Source of the DNA: a virus
Taxonomy: Duplodnaviria; Heunggongvirae; Uroviricota; Caudoviricetes
DNA: 57,047 bases
IMG/VR virus record: IMGVR_UViG_3300028887_000082
Strand: one strand, 5' to 3'
A program made the translations under genes and the position numbers. How positions within the stretch are numbered: the first letter of the stretch is position 1; every line of letters starts with the position of its first letter. Of the stretch, positions 9,846 to 19,683 are shown piece by piece. The notes under the pieces were generated by a model. The model did no database searches, had not been told where the DNA came from, and saw nothing but the letters and a program-made list of their open reading frames with translations.

Positions 9846-10397
9846 ATGAAGGTTAATATAGTTACAGCACCCGAACACAGGTATTTCCCAAAGGATTCTC
9901 TGAAGATTTTTCTTGCCGGTGGTATATGTAATTGCATAGACTGGCAGAAATCTCTCATTGATGAGTTCACAAAGGAAAATAATCAGTTTTATATTGACAA
10001 TCCGACATATGATGAGATGTATCTTCTGAACCCCAGGAGAGCAGATTGGATTGAGGAACCAGGTGCAGCAGAAAGACAGATTGAATGGGAGTTTGACATG
10101 ATTGAGAGATGTGATGTGTTCTCTATGTATTTTGCAGGAGGAGATTCATTACAACCAGTATGTATGTATGAACTCGGAAGGAACATCATAAGGATGCAGA
10201 ACAAATATCCTAATTCATGGAGATACAGGATAGTCATTACCTGTGATGAAAATTATAAGAGACTCAATGATGTACTTGTACAGACAAGACTTGCAACAGA
10301 TGGTCTCATATCTGTAAATGTATCAAAGGGAGAAGAATCTATATTAAGACATGCAGATGCTATCAAGAAAGCACTAAAATATGTCTATAATGAATAA
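9846..10397 (+). CDS. nucleoside 2-deoxyribosyltransferase-like protein
   Basis: IFLAGGI..DWQ, LNPRR.D, QIEWEFDMIERCD; start at ATG 9846. Confidence 0.7.
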   Translation: MKVNIVTAPEHRYFPKDSLKIFLAGGICNCIDWQKSLIDEFTKENNQFYIDNPTYDEMYLLNPRRADWIEEPGAAERQIEWEFDMIERCDVFSMYFAGGDSLQPVCMYELGRNIIRMQNKYPNSWRYRIVITCDENYKRLNDVLVQTRLATDGLISVNVSKGEESILRHADAIKKALKYVYNE

Positions 10398-11328
10398 TGG
10401 AGTAATTTCAAGAGGTATTTTTATTCCACCCATTAATGTTGGAAACAATATTATAAACAATATTACTGATGCTGTACTTGATACAGTGAAAACAGTAAAT
10501 CAGGATGGAAGTGTCACCTATGACATCAATGATAAAGATGTTATAGGTGTCACTCAATCTATTATTTCCGAATCCCTTAACAGATATGTCACTGTTGATG
10601 AAATAGCAGCTGACATTGAAAAGAAATTCGGTCCTGATGCAAGTATTGTCCTTATATCTCCCATCTATTCCAGGAACAGGTTTTCCATAATACTCAAAGG
10701 TATTGCAAGGGCAGCAAAGAAACTCATATTCTGTATGCCTATGGTTGATGAGGTTGGTAACCCTTGTGGTGTCAATCCTTTCACAGGTGTCAATATTATG
10801 GAGTATTATAAGGTTATCTGTGAAATGGAAAACTGTGAATGTGTGATGGATGACAAAGAATGGAGAAACAGGAAATATCCGGTACTTGATTGCAGACTTC
10901 ATAATAAGCAGATTCCCAAACCCACAAAAATGATTTATTGGCATATTGATGAGATATGTTCAGATGTAAGTTCTGACTGGGGACTTTTGGGATCTGGCAG
11001 GGATTCATCAGAAAGAATCAGGTTGTTCCCTGGTGTTGAAACATCAAACAAGATATGTAAAATCATCAAGAAAACCATAAGGAAGAGAACAGGAAAAGAT
11101 GTCATTGTATGTGTATATGGTAATGGATGCCTGAAAGACCCAGTCTATGGTGTATGGCAGTTTGCAGATCCTGTTACAATGCCTGGTTATACAGACAAGG
11201 AACTTCTTGAAACTGTTTCATATGGTTCAACACCAATATTGCACAGGGATTTACTTGCATCACTTATGAACCTGACTTCAAGAGATGAAACACCTATTGT
11301 ATTGATTCAAAACTATTTTAAAGACTGA
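10390..11328 (+). CDS. F420-0:gamma-glutamyl ligase (CofE)-like protein
   Basis: SRGIFIPPI..GNNI, DKDVIGVTQSIIS, terminal TPIVLIQNY. Confidence 0.6.
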   Translation: MNNGVISRGIFIPPINVGNNIINNITDAVLDTVKTVNQDGSVTYDINDKDVIGVTQSIISESLNRYVTVDEIAADIEKKFGPDASIVLISPIYSRNRFSIILKGIARAAKKLIFCMPMVDEVGNPCGVNPFTGVNIMEYYKVICEMENCECVMDDKEWRNRKYPVLDCRLHNKQIPKPTKMIYWHIDEICSDVSSDWGLLGSGRDSSERIRLFPGVETSNKICKIIKKTIRKRTGKDVIVCVYGNGCLKDPVYGVWQFADPVTMPGYTDKELLETVSYGSTPILHRDLLASLMNLTSRDETPIVLIQNYFKD

Positions 11329-11329
11329 T

Positions 11330-11743
11330 ATGGAAGACAAATTGAATTTGAGAGAAGACAAACCAATGTTTCTTCTCAGTGACATAGAAACAGAATTTCA
11401 GAGGTTGTATGACCATTACAGGAAAATACATCATGAGAATGATTATCTCAGGGAGGAAATTAAAAAGGTTAAATCTGAAACATACAAGAGTGAAGAAATT
11501 ACCAGGTTGAAGGAGGAGAATGAGAAGTTGAGTGAAGACTATTACAGGGGATTCCCCATTTCAGAGGAAGAGGAAAAGAAGATCCATGAATGGATGGACA
11601 AACAGATGAAGAAAAATCCAAGTAATGGTGGTGCAATTGGTGGTAGATTCACATATGAATTTATTCCAACTAGTATAGGTATCAACGGGACCATCAGGGA
11701 CAGTTTAACTGGTGACAGTTTCAATTTCCAGGAACTTGGATAA
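11330..11743 (+). CDS. hypothetical protein
   Basis: Coiled-coil N-terminus; C-terminal GGAIGGRFTYEFIPTSIG. Confidence 0.75.
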   Translation: MEDKLNLREDKPMFLLSDIETEFQRLYDHYRKIHHENDYLREEIKKVKSETYKSEEITRLKEENEKLSEDYYRGFPISEEEEKKIHEWMDKQMKKNPSNGGAIGGRFTYEFIPTSIGINGTIRDSLTGDSFNFQELG

Positions 11744-11746
11744 AAG

Positions 11747-11777
11747 AAAAGAGGAGTTAATCACTCCTCTTTTTTTT
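11747..11777. terminator. bidirectional intrinsic terminator
   Basis: AAAAGAGGAGT/ACTCCTCTTTT between convergent genes. Confidence 0.8.
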
Positions 11778-11778
11778 G

Positions 11779-12573
11779 TTACCATTGAAGGAACTTGGGT
11801 GTATATGTGAAACCAAGTGTTATTCCTAATCCGATAGTAGGAACAAACTTTTGGTTGATGGGGTCATAACTCATACTTGCATTGGGACCAACTGCCACAC
11901 CGAGACCACAATTCTTTCTCATACTTCTTTCATATGATTTACTCTGTTCTGCCACAATACCCATACCAGAATTGAACTGTACCCCAGGATAATCAGTCCT
12001 CAAATGTATGAATGTCTCATCAGTCTTTGTGTTTCTCTCCAACCATCCTTCCACAAATATGTTCTGGTCAAGAGTGAATGTCGCATTACCTGTGTGAAGT
12101 TCATTGTCTGTAACATTATAAGGTATTCCTACAGAGAATGATCTGCTTGATTTACCATAGTTGTCAGACTTTGCAATCTTAATCGTACCATCTTCAATTT
12201 CAGCATTTACCTCAACTTCCTTGATGATGGTTGTTTCAACAGTCACTGTATCTTTGACATGCATATTGGTGTTGATATATGTAAGATACTCCTTGTTTTT
12301 CTGCTTGAGAAGACCTATACTGTCCCTCAATTCCTTCTGTGTGAGTTGATATGCATGTTTCTCTGCATTTGCCCTACCCAGTTCATCCTGGTAATTTGTG
12401 ATTTGTTCAGTAAGTGTGATTCTGTTGTTCTCCTGTCTGTTGATTTCATTGTTCAGATTACCTATCTTACTGTGTTGGCAGGAAATTATGAACCCCAGAC
12501 CAATTATAATACTGATAAAAATGAGATCCTTGTATTTCTTGAGATACTTCAAGATTTCTAAAAACTTTTCCAT
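11779..12573 (-). CDS. membrane-anchored coiled-coil protein (spanin-like)
   Basis: N-terminal TM, coiled coil, beta-rich C-terminus ending FLQW; CATAAATA at 12630-12637 (-). Confidence 0.55.
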   Translation of the reverse strand: MEKFLEILKYLKKYKDLIFISIIIGLGFIISCQHSKIGNLNNEINRQENNRITLTEQITNYQDELGRANAEKHAYQLTQKELRDSIGLLKQKNKEYLTYINTNMHVKDTVTVETTIIKEVEVNAEIEDGTIKIAKSDNYGKSSRSFSVGIPYNVTDNELHTGNATFTLDQNIFVEGWLERNTKTDETFIHLRTDYPGVQFNSGMGIVAEQSKSYERSMRKNCGLGVAVGPNASMSYDPINQKFVPTIGLGITLGFTYTPKFLQW

Positions 12574-12581
12574 AATATAGT

Positions 12582-12613
12582 TTTGGTTATATCAAAAATA
12601 ATTGTTATATTTG
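12582..12613 (+). promoter_or_regulatory. Bacteroidota sigma70-type promoter
   Basis: TTTG (12582) - 20 nt - TATATTTG (12606). Confidence 0.75.
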
Positions 12614-12634
12614 TAATATGATAACAAAATATTT

Positions 12635-13123
12635 ATGGAGGTAATTATACCTATAGGAATATCGGGGTCTGGAAAGTCAAGACTTTATGAACAGAAATAC
12701 AAGGATAAAGGATTTAAACTTATATCATCAGACCTTATATGTAAGAAAATAACTGGAGACATAAATGACTATTCCAAAGAAGAGGAAGTATTTTATGAAT
12801 TTTGTAGAATGATTGGTGAATCCATAGAGAAAGGTGAATCAATTTATTATGATAATTGTAATATAACTACATATTCAAGAAAGATAGTCTCCTGGTGGTT
12901 TAAAGAAACAGGTGCCAAGGTAACATATCTTGTATTTCCTGTGGACTTTGACCTGTGTAAAAAGAGGATTGAAGAAGACCTCAAAAATGGTATTGAAAGG
13001 GGTAATGTTTCAGAACAAGTTTTATTATGGCAGTTTAATTTATACAAACAGTCACTTGATACTAAATTTGAGGGTGAAAATGTACAAGAGGTAATTTATC
13101 TCAAACCTGAAGAGTTGGATTAA
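12635..13123 (+). CDS. AAA_33/Pnk-like P-loop kinase, paralog 1
   Basis: Walker A GISGSGKS; ISSDLIC; DNCN. Confidence 0.8.
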   Translation: MEVIIPIGISGSGKSRLYEQKYKDKGFKLISSDLICKKITGDINDYSKEEEVFYEFCRMIGESIEKGESIYYDNCNITTYSRKIVSWWFKETGAKVTYLVFPVDFDLCKKRIEEDLKNGIERGNVSEQVLLWQFNLYKQSLDTKFEGENVQEVIYLKPEELD

Positions 13124-13124
13124 T

Positions 13125-13607
13125 ATGGAAGTAATAATGCCTATTGGAATTCCTGGTTCTGGGAAGACCAGACTTTACAAGAAGAAGTATAGTGATTATG
13201 CACTTATATCTCTTGATTCTATTTGTAAAGAGGTAATGGGTAATGTAAATGATTGGTCAAAAACAGAATATATATTTAAAATTTTTCTACAAAAGATTGA
13301 TGAATTTATAAGTAAGGGTGAATCAATTTACATTGACAATTGTAATTTGGGTAAAAATGTAAGAAACATTATTTTAAACAGATTCAAAGGAAAAGACATC
13401 AAGGTAATATATCTTGTACTTCCATCAGATGTTGAAATATCAAATAAAAGAATTAAAGAAGCTATTAAGAATAATGTTGAGAGATGTCATAATTCAGAAA
13501 AAAACTTATCACTTTTTATGAATGTATATAGATATGACATTATGAACAATTTTGCCGGTGAGAATGTACAGGAAATAATATATCTTAAAGAGGAAGATTT
13601 AGATTAA
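13125..13607 (+). CDS. AAA_33/Pnk-like P-loop kinase, paralog 2
   Basis: GIPGSGKT; ISLDSIC; DNCN. Confidence 0.8.
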   Translation: MEVIMPIGIPGSGKTRLYKKKYSDYALISLDSICKEVMGNVNDWSKTEYIFKIFLQKIDEFISKGESIYIDNCNLGKNVRNIILNRFKGKDIKVIYLVLPSDVEISNKRIKEAIKNNVERCHNSEKNLSLFMNVYRYDIMNNFAGENVQEIIYLKEEDLD

Positions 13608-13609
13608 CA

Positions 13610-14092
13610 ATGGAAGTAATTATACCTATAGGAATATCTGGTTCTGGGAAAAGCAGACTTTACAAGAAGAAGTACAGTCATTTGACACTTGTGTCAGGAG
13701 AACTTATCTGTAAGGAGATGTATGGCAGAATCAATGCATATCATAAACTCAATGAAGTCCGTAATGAGATTAATAGAAGAGTTGGTGAACTCATAGAGAA
13801 AGGCGAATCATTTTACTATGATGGTTATACTATAGATACTCACAGAAGGAAAAATATTTCTGATATGTTCAGAGGAAAAGACATCAAGGTAATATATCTT
13901 TTACTTCCTTCAGATGTTGAGGTGTGTGAAAAAAGAATCAAAGAAGATATAAAGAATAATGTTGAAAGGGCAAATGTTTCAGGTATAACTCTTAAAATAC
14001 AACTACATTTTTATAAAGAATCCCTTGAGAATAATTTTGAGGGAGAGAATGTACAGGAGATAATTTACCTTAAAGAAGAAGATTTAAAATAA
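13610..14092 (+). CDS. AAA_33/Pnk-like P-loop kinase, paralog 3
   Basis: GISGSGKS; VSGELIC (Asp to Glu); DGYT. Confidence 0.8.
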   Translation: MEVIIPIGISGSGKSRLYKKKYSHLTLVSGELICKEMYGRINAYHKLNEVRNEINRRVGELIEKGESFYYDGYTIDTHRRKNISDMFRGKDIKVIYLLLPSDVEVCEKRIKEDIKNNVERANVSGITLKIQLHFYKESLENNFEGENVQEIIYLKEEDLK

Positions 14093-14099
14093 CATAGTT

Positions 14100-14582
14100 A
14101 TGGAAATAATAGTACCAATAGGAATTTCAGGGTCTGGAAAGACCAGACTCTACAATATGAGATATAAGGATTTGACACTGTTGTCACCTGACCTCATCCG
14201 CAAGGAACTGACTGGAAGTATCAGTGACCAGAGGAAGAACAGAGAGGTCTTTGAAGAGGTTGACAGGAGAGTCAAGGAGTATGTTGATGAGGGTAGGTCA
14301 TTCTTCTATGATGCCACCAATGTCAATCCTGAGTTCAGGAAAAAGTTTGTGGAACAGTTCCGGGGAACAGATGTCAAGATAACATATGTCATTCTTCCTG
14401 CTGATATGAATATATCTTATATCAGAATCAAGCAGGATTTGAAGAACAATGTCGAGAGGGCAAAGGTTCCATTTGAAGTCCTAATCAGGCAAAAGGGATT
14501 CTACAACCAGTCTCTCAACTCCAACTTTGAGGGAGAGAATGTACAGGAGGTGATTTATATCAAGGAAGGAGATTTGGACTGA
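14100..14582 (+). CDS. AAA_33/Pnk-like P-loop kinase, paralog 4 (most canonical)
   Basis: GISGSGKT; LSPDLIRKEL; DATN; RxxR lid region. Confidence 0.85.
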   Translation: MEIIVPIGISGSGKTRLYNMRYKDLTLLSPDLIRKELTGSISDQRKNREVFEEVDRRVKEYVDEGRSFFYDATNVNPEFRKKFVEQFRGTDVKITYVILPADMNISYIRIKQDLKNNVERAKVPFEVLIRQKGFYNQSLNSNFEGENVQEVIYIKEGDLD

Positions 14583-14700
14583 TATGTGAATGGAAACATT
14601 ATATGTCATATGTTCAAAAATAATGAACACCACTGATATAATGAACAGAAGGATATTAAAAATGAAGAAGTTTAACACATTAAAATTTTAAGTCCGAAGT

Positions 14701-15294
14701 ATGTACTACACACTGGAAATAAATGATCCGGATAAGTTGTTTTTTTGTAGTGACTCGCATTTTGGTCATTTTAACATATGCAAATATTGTCACAGACCAT
14801 TTCAGACGAGGGCAGAGATGGATCAGACACTTGTTGACAACTGGAACTCTGTTGTTCCCCCGGATGGTATTGTCATTCATTGTGGTGATTTTATGTTACC
14901 ACATGACAATGATCCCAAGGAATATATGAAGTACTTGAAGAAACTGAATGGTACAGTATATCTCACAAGGGGTAACCATGACAGGATAGACATAGGTACA
15001 CATCTTCTGGATGGTGTTCCTAAACTCATTGTCAATGACATAATGATGGTTGAGGTTGAGGGAATCAAGATTTATGCCCAGCATTGCGGACCTTGCGCCT
15101 CACATCTTGGGACATTCCATGTGTATGGCCATATCCATACACTCTTTGATGGTACTTCTTTTGGTGTCAACCAGGAAGCATTGAAGGCAATGAGGATGTC
15201 ATCTTATGATGTAGGTGTGGACCAGAATGGATATAAACCCATTTCATATTGGGAATTGTGTGACATTTTAAGAAAAAGATCAAGGGAGAAATAA
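14701..15294 (+). CDS. calcineurin-like metallophosphoesterase
   Basis: SDSHFGH, GDF, GNHD, GHIH motifs. Confidence 0.9.
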   Translation: MYYTLEINDPDKLFFCSDSHFGHFNICKYCHRPFQTRAEMDQTLVDNWNSVVPPDGIVIHCGDFMLPHDNDPKEYMKYLKKLNGTVYLTRGNHDRIDIGTHLLDGVPKLIVNDIMMVEVEGIKIYAQHCGPCASHLGTFHVYGHIHTLFDGTSFGVNQEALKAMRMSSYDVGVDQNGYKPISYWELCDILRKRSREK

Positions 15295-15297
15295 GTT

Positions 15298-15540
15298 ATG
15301 TTTGAGTACAGAATTGTAGAAAAAGTATCTAAAGAAACATATTACACTGTTGAAAGGAGATTTAAACTCTGGTTCATCAGGGGTAAATGGAGAAGGTGCA
15401 AGCTGGAAGTATTTTATGGTTATGGATCTGTAAGATATCCGGCAGTATTTAAAACATATGAAGAGGCAAAAAAGTATGTAGAACATAAGGGTGCATTGGT
15501 AAATGGACTCATTCCCGGTCATCCATTTTATACAGAATAA
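15298..15540 (+). CDS. hypothetical protein
   Basis: Operon packing. Confidence 0.65.
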   Translation: MFEYRIVEKVSKETYYTVERRFKLWFIRGKWRRCKLEVFYGYGSVRYPAVFKTYEEAKKYVEHKGALVNGLIPGHPFYTE

Positions 15541-15544
15541 AAAT

Positions 15545-15976
15545 ATGGTTGAAAACAAGTTTTGGTTGGTAAAGAGTCTGGAAGAAAGGTCAAGATCTTA
15601 TGAGATGTTCAATGGTGTTCCTCATAGGGTTTTATACAGTGATATAAAATTTTGGACAGCCAGGCATGGACACTGTTACCTGGGTGAGCAGAGTCTGGGA
15701 AAGGTTACAGATATCACAAGTGAAACTGAACCTGTACAGGTAAAGTTGGTACAGACAGACAATGACATTCCTGATTTCTATGTACAGAGATATGGGGATT
15801 GTCTCTTCATCAATTACAGAACCGAAAAGTATTACAAACCATGTAAGAGGAAACTCATAGGTTGGAAACATATTGAGGTTGAGAGGGTTCCGCATATATA
15901 TCAGATTTCAAACAAATTGTTCCCGGAGATTACGGAGGAATCAGGTATTGTAAAATTTAACATAGAGAGAATATAA
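15545..15976 (+). CDS. hypothetical protein
   Basis: Start moved to ATG 15545. Confidence 0.7.
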   Translation: MVENKFWLVKSLEERSRSYEMFNGVPHRVLYSDIKFWTARHGHCYLGEQSLGKVTDITSETEPVQVKLVQTDNDIPDFYVQRYGDCLFINYRTEKYYKPCKRKLIGWKHIEVERVPHIYQISNKLFPEITEESGIVKFNIERI

Positions 15977-16167
15977 TGGAAATCAAATTTGAAGACTTGA
16001 CTGATCAACAGTGTACTGATATCATAGCCCATTTTGTGGAAAGGATAATGACGGGTGAAGTTAAGGAAATAATCATCCATAATGATAATGATGATATTGT
16101 CATCACAAAAAAACCAAGACTGGATGATACTACAGCAAACAATGATTTAATTATTCCGATAGTATAA
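15976..16167 (+). CDS. hypothetical protein
   Basis: TAATG overlap with previous gene. Confidence 0.65.
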   Translation: MEIKFEDLTDQQCTDIIAHFVERIMTGEVKEIIIHNDNDDIVITKKPRLDDTTANNDLIIPIV

Positions 16168-16279
16168 TGTACCAGTGAAAAAGGGTTAGTAGTAGCACCT
16201 CAAAGTCAGTAACCCTGAGATTATATCAAAATCAGTGGTAGGACACAGATGAGCTGTAGTTGGGGTATTTTGGTACATT
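16166..16279 (+). ncRNA. candidate structured RNA in intergenic region upstream of RNA ligase
   Basis: 9-bp closing helix AATGTACCA/TGGTACATT; inner AGGGTTA/TAACCCT. Confidence 0.4.
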
Positions 16280-16392
16280 TTGTTATATTTACTTAAATTA
16301 TCAGAGAACAGAGTTTGTCCATTCTCCAAAAATGGACTGGCGTGGGAAAATAGATTTGAACCTATTTAATTAACAATCAAATCCCCAAAATT

Positions 16393-17775
16393 ATGTTTAT
16401 TTCAAAAAATCAAAATTTCAAAGAGGAGTATTGTGCCTCTGTGGTAAGAATCGGTGAAACTTTCCCAATTGAGGGTAAGGACAGAATCGTAAAGACTCTT
16501 GTCAATGGTCTTTCAATTGTAATCGGAAAGGATGAGTTTAAGACTGGTGATGTTGCTGTCTATTGTGCAAATGAAACCTGTCTGCATGAACTGTTCCTCC
16601 ACCTCAACTCAATGTATGAGGATAAGGAGTTGAATGTTGACCAGGAGAAGAAGGGTTATATCAACAAGCATGGTCGTATCCGTGTGATCAGACTTGGTGG
16701 AATACCTTCCTATGGACTCCTCATTCATGCTGATTCAATTGCCACCTTTATCAATGAACCTGTTGAGGAAGTTGTAAAGTTCCTTGAAGCACATGTAGGA
16801 GAGGACTTTGACGAAATCAATGGTGAAAGGTTCTGCCAGGTTTATGTGCCACCGGTGAAGAATGTTCCTGAAAAACTCTCAAGACAGGAGAGAATGAAGA
16901 AGAAGCTTGACAGGTTCAAGATGCTTATTGAGGGTTCATTCCGTCTGCACTATGAGACCAGTCAGTTGCAGAAGAATATGAGGGACATCAATCCTGATGA
17001 TGTAGTGTATATCTCTACCAAGATTCACGGTACCTCCGCTATCTATGCAAACATACTCACCAATCTCCCGACCAACTGGTTCAAGAGAATGTGGAGGAAG
17101 TATGTAACCCATACCCAGGAATATGACCAGGGATATAACCTTGTATATTCTTCAAGGACTGTCATAAAGAATGAGTATATCAACAAGAAGCAGAGACCTG
17201 GTGGTTTCTATTCTGATGATATATGGGGTTACTGGGGTAAGAAACTTGAAGGACTTATACCTAAGGACTACTGCATCTACTGTGAGATTGCAGGTTTCAC
17301 TCCAAACGGTTCTCCAATTCAGAAGGGTTATGACTATGGTTGTACCCATGTTGCTGAAGAGAAGTCAAAGTTGATGGTTTACCGTGTGACCAAGGATGGA
17401 AAGGATCTTGAAATCCCTGATGTCATAGAAATGGGTAAATATCTCCAGGAACTTCTTGGAGACATCATTATGCCATTCCCACTTCTTTATATGGGAACTC
17501 TCAAGGATCTCTATCCGGATGTATCAACTACTGAACACTGGCATGAGAATGTCCTTGAACTCCTGAAGGTGGAGAAGAGGTTTAAGATGGAGGAAGATGA
17601 ACCTATGTGCAGAACCAAGGTTCCTCGCGAAGGTTTCGTACTCCGTAAGGCAAACGACCCTGTTGCTGAAGCATGGAAGTTGAAGACTAATGCCTTCAAG
17701 ATGCGTGAGGCCAAACTGGTTGACGCTGGTGAGGTTGATATGGAAATGGAAGCAGGTTACACAGAAACCGCTTAA
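16393..17775 (+). CDS. ATP-dependent RNA ligase (Rnl2/DRB0094-like)
   Basis: Motif I KIHGTS, EIAG, EGFVLR, WKLKT; N-terminal OB-like region. Confidence 0.85.
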   Translation: MFISKNQNFKEEYCASVVRIGETFPIEGKDRIVKTLVNGLSIVIGKDEFKTGDVAVYCANETCLHELFLHLNSMYEDKELNVDQEKKGYINKHGRIRVIRLGGIPSYGLLIHADSIATFINEPVEEVVKFLEAHVGEDFDEINGERFCQVYVPPVKNVPEKLSRQERMKKKLDRFKMLIEGSFRLHYETSQLQKNMRDINPDDVVYISTKIHGTSAIYANILTNLPTNWFKRMWRKYVTHTQEYDQGYNLVYSSRTVIKNEYINKKQRPGGFYSDDIWGYWGKKLEGLIPKDYCIYCEIAGFTPNGSPIQKGYDYGCTHVAEEKSKLMVYRVTKDGKDLEIPDVIEMGKYLQELLGDIIMPFPLLYMGTLKDLYPDVSTTEHWHENVLELLKVEKRFKMEEDEPMCRTKVPREGFVLRKANDPVAEAWKLKTNAFKMREAKLVDAGEVDMEMEAGYTETA

Positions 17776-17812
17776 GGTAGGAGGTGGTATCAACCTTATT
17801 TGAAGGTATATG

Positions 17813-17844
17813 AAAATTGGGGGATGTGAATCTCCCAATTTTTT
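17813..17844 (+). terminator. intrinsic terminator
   Basis: AAAATTGGGGGA/TCTCCCAATTTT stem plus T-tract. Confidence 0.8.
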
Positions 17845-17853
17845 GTTATTTTA

Positions 17854-17885
17854 TTTGGAAAATCCAAAAAAATATTGTATCTTTG
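17854..17885 (+). promoter_or_regulatory. Bacteroidota sigma70-type promoter
   Basis: TTTG (17854) - 20 nt - TATCTTTG (17878). Confidence 0.8.
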
Positions 17886-17917
17886 TAGTAAAGTAAAACT
17901 AATAATACAAAACTGAT

Positions 17918-18088
17918 ATGGCTGTTATGGATGAAACACCTGATTATAAGGTGGAAAATGGAAAAATATATAGTTACATAAGCCCAGAATACTATTATGA
18001 TGTTGATTGGGGTAATTGTGTAAGGGGTGGACATTGGATTGCGGTTGCAGATGATACCCCAGAGAATAGAAAGATATACGGATTGTAA
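17918..18088 (+). CDS. small hypothetical protein (56 aa, absent from ORF track)
   Basis: MAVMDETPDYKVENG...RKIYGL*, first ORF after promoter. Confidence 0.65.
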   Translation: MAVMDETPDYKVENGKIYSYISPEYYYDVDWGNCVRGGHWIAVADDTPENRKIYGL

Positions 18089-18098
18089 ATATATTCAT

Positions 18099-18575
18099 AT
18101 GTTAGAAGAAGATAAATTTATTGAGTTGAAGATTGGTGATGTTTTCCGCTTTAACAGGGCAAGACATCACTGTAAGGTTGTGAATATGTTTGAATATGAA
18201 GGAAAGACATATTTCAACTATATCACAATAGAGGAATATCCTACTATGAAGACAACTACCAAAAATTGGTTGTGTGGTGTTTATACCTATTATGGGAATG
18301 TTTATGACGGTGTTGTTGAGGTCAACGGATATATCGTGAGGGGAACCGGCGGAAGGGTTCTTATCAACCCTAAACCAGTGAAGGAGAAATCCAAGAAACC
18401 AAAACCCGAAAAGAAACCTTTGACTGATTTCCAGAAGTTCTGCATATTACAGCGTAGTGGTAAAATCAATATGACTGATATTGTGAGAGGTGCATTTCTT
18501 ACTGAAATGTCAGAATCAAAGTATGAAGACATCCTCTTCCACTATGATGAGTATGAATCAGGTAAAAGGCAGTGA
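18099..18575 (+). CDS. hypothetical protein
   Basis: Start moved to ATG 18099 after the small ORF. Confidence 0.7.
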   Translation: MLEEDKFIELKIGDVFRFNRARHHCKVVNMFEYEGKTYFNYITIEEYPTMKTTTKNWLCGVYTYYGNVYDGVVEVNGYIVRGTGGRVLINPKPVKEKSKKPKPEKKPLTDFQKFCILQRSGKINMTDIVRGAFLTEMSESKYEDILFHYDEYESGKRQ

Positions 18576-18793
18576 TTATGAACAGAAGGGATTTACTGGT
18601 TTTTACAGGTGTCATCATCTTTAGTGTATGTGGTTACTTTGATGTGGCTTCACTTTCAACATCAGTTGACATCATAAACCATTTTGTGTTTTGGATTGTC
18701 CTTATCTGTGTATATCTGGTATTGATGATCATTTTCAGTCTCCTGTTCACCAAATTCGGAAAATGGGGAGACAAGGTATTATTCAAGAAATAA
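18572..18793 (+). CDS. small membrane protein
   Basis: Two hydrophobic segments. Confidence 0.7.
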   Translation: MIMNRRDLLVFTGVIIFSVCGYFDVASLSTSVDIINHFVFWIVLICVYLVLMIIFSLLFTKFGKWGDKVLFKK

Positions 18794-18796
18794 GTT

Positions 18797-19636
18797 ATGT
18801 TCAAACCTTGTGATATATGTCTTGAAGAGACCTGTAAGGGTGCTCATACCTGTAACTGTGATACTTGTAAGGTCAAGGATAAGTGTTACAGGCAACTTGC
18901 CGCAACTATAAGGATAACCAACAGGTGTACCCAGGAGTGTTCTCACTGCTGTTTTGAGAGTTCCCCCAAGTCCAACATTATGATGTCTGTCGAGATGGCC
19001 CGGAACATTGCCAAGTTCATCAATGTAAATGGTGTAGAAAGACTGAACCTTATGGGTGGTGAATTCTTCTGCAACCCTGACTGGTTTGAGATCTATTCCA
19101 CACTTATTGACACCAATGTGAATCATGCCAGGTTGGTGACCAATGGTGACTGGGTGAACAGTGAAAAGACCAAGACACAAATCAAGGAACTGGTTGACAG
19201 ATTCGGAAAGAAGATTTATTTCTGCATCTCCAAAGATAAGTGGCATACCAACAAGAATGTGGATGCTGCCAAGGAATATCTGGACAGTATTGGTACAATT
19301 GCACTTGTTGCCACAGAGGAACAAACCAAGAATGAGTCAATTGTCCCTGTGGGAAGGGCACATCTCCAATATATCAGCGGAATCTATGATATGATGGGAT
19401 GTTACTGCCAGAATCCGGAGAATATGTATTCCTTCCTCATTGATGAAAAAGGTGAGATATACAAGTGTGGATTTGGTGTCATCTCATATGCCAATGTTGA
19501 TGAATATCTGGAAGGTGGTTTCAGAGAGAGGTTCAAGGAGGCAAACTCCAAATTCTACAAACAGTTTATAGCATCTTGTAGGAGTTGTTACAATTTTGTA
19601 TTGGTAAAAGCAAGGGATAGGATTGTAGAATATTGA
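18797..19636 (+). CDS. radical SAM protein with Cys-rich N-terminus and SPASM/twitch-like C-terminus
   Basis: CTQECSHC (CxxxCxxC), MGGEFF, C-terminal CYC...YKCG...CRSC. Confidence 0.85.
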   Translation: MFKPCDICLEETCKGAHTCNCDTCKVKDKCYRQLAATIRITNRCTQECSHCCFESSPKSNIMMSVEMARNIAKFINVNGVERLNLMGGEFFCNPDWFEIYSTLIDTNVNHARLVTNGDWVNSEKTKTQIKELVDRFGKKIYFCISKDKWHTNKNVDAAKEYLDSIGTIALVATEEQTKNESIVPVGRAHLQYISGIYDMMGCYCQNPENMYSFLIDEKGEIYKCGFGVISYANVDEYLEGGFRERFKEANSKFYKQFIASCRSCYNFVLVKARDRIVEY

Positions 19637-19643
19637 TGTTTTA

Positions 19644-19675
19644 TTTGGAAAATCCAAAAAATTATTGTATCTTTG
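19644..19675 (+). promoter_or_regulatory. Bacteroidota sigma70-type promoter
   Basis: TTTG (19644) - 20 nt - TATCTTTG (19668); near-identical to 17854 promoter. Confidence 0.8.
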
Positions 19676-19683
19676 TAATAGAT

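Noticed and set aside
14590-14692. 33-aa ORF between kinase 4 and the phosphoesterase
   Set aside because: No recognisable features or RBS-like context; cannot be supported
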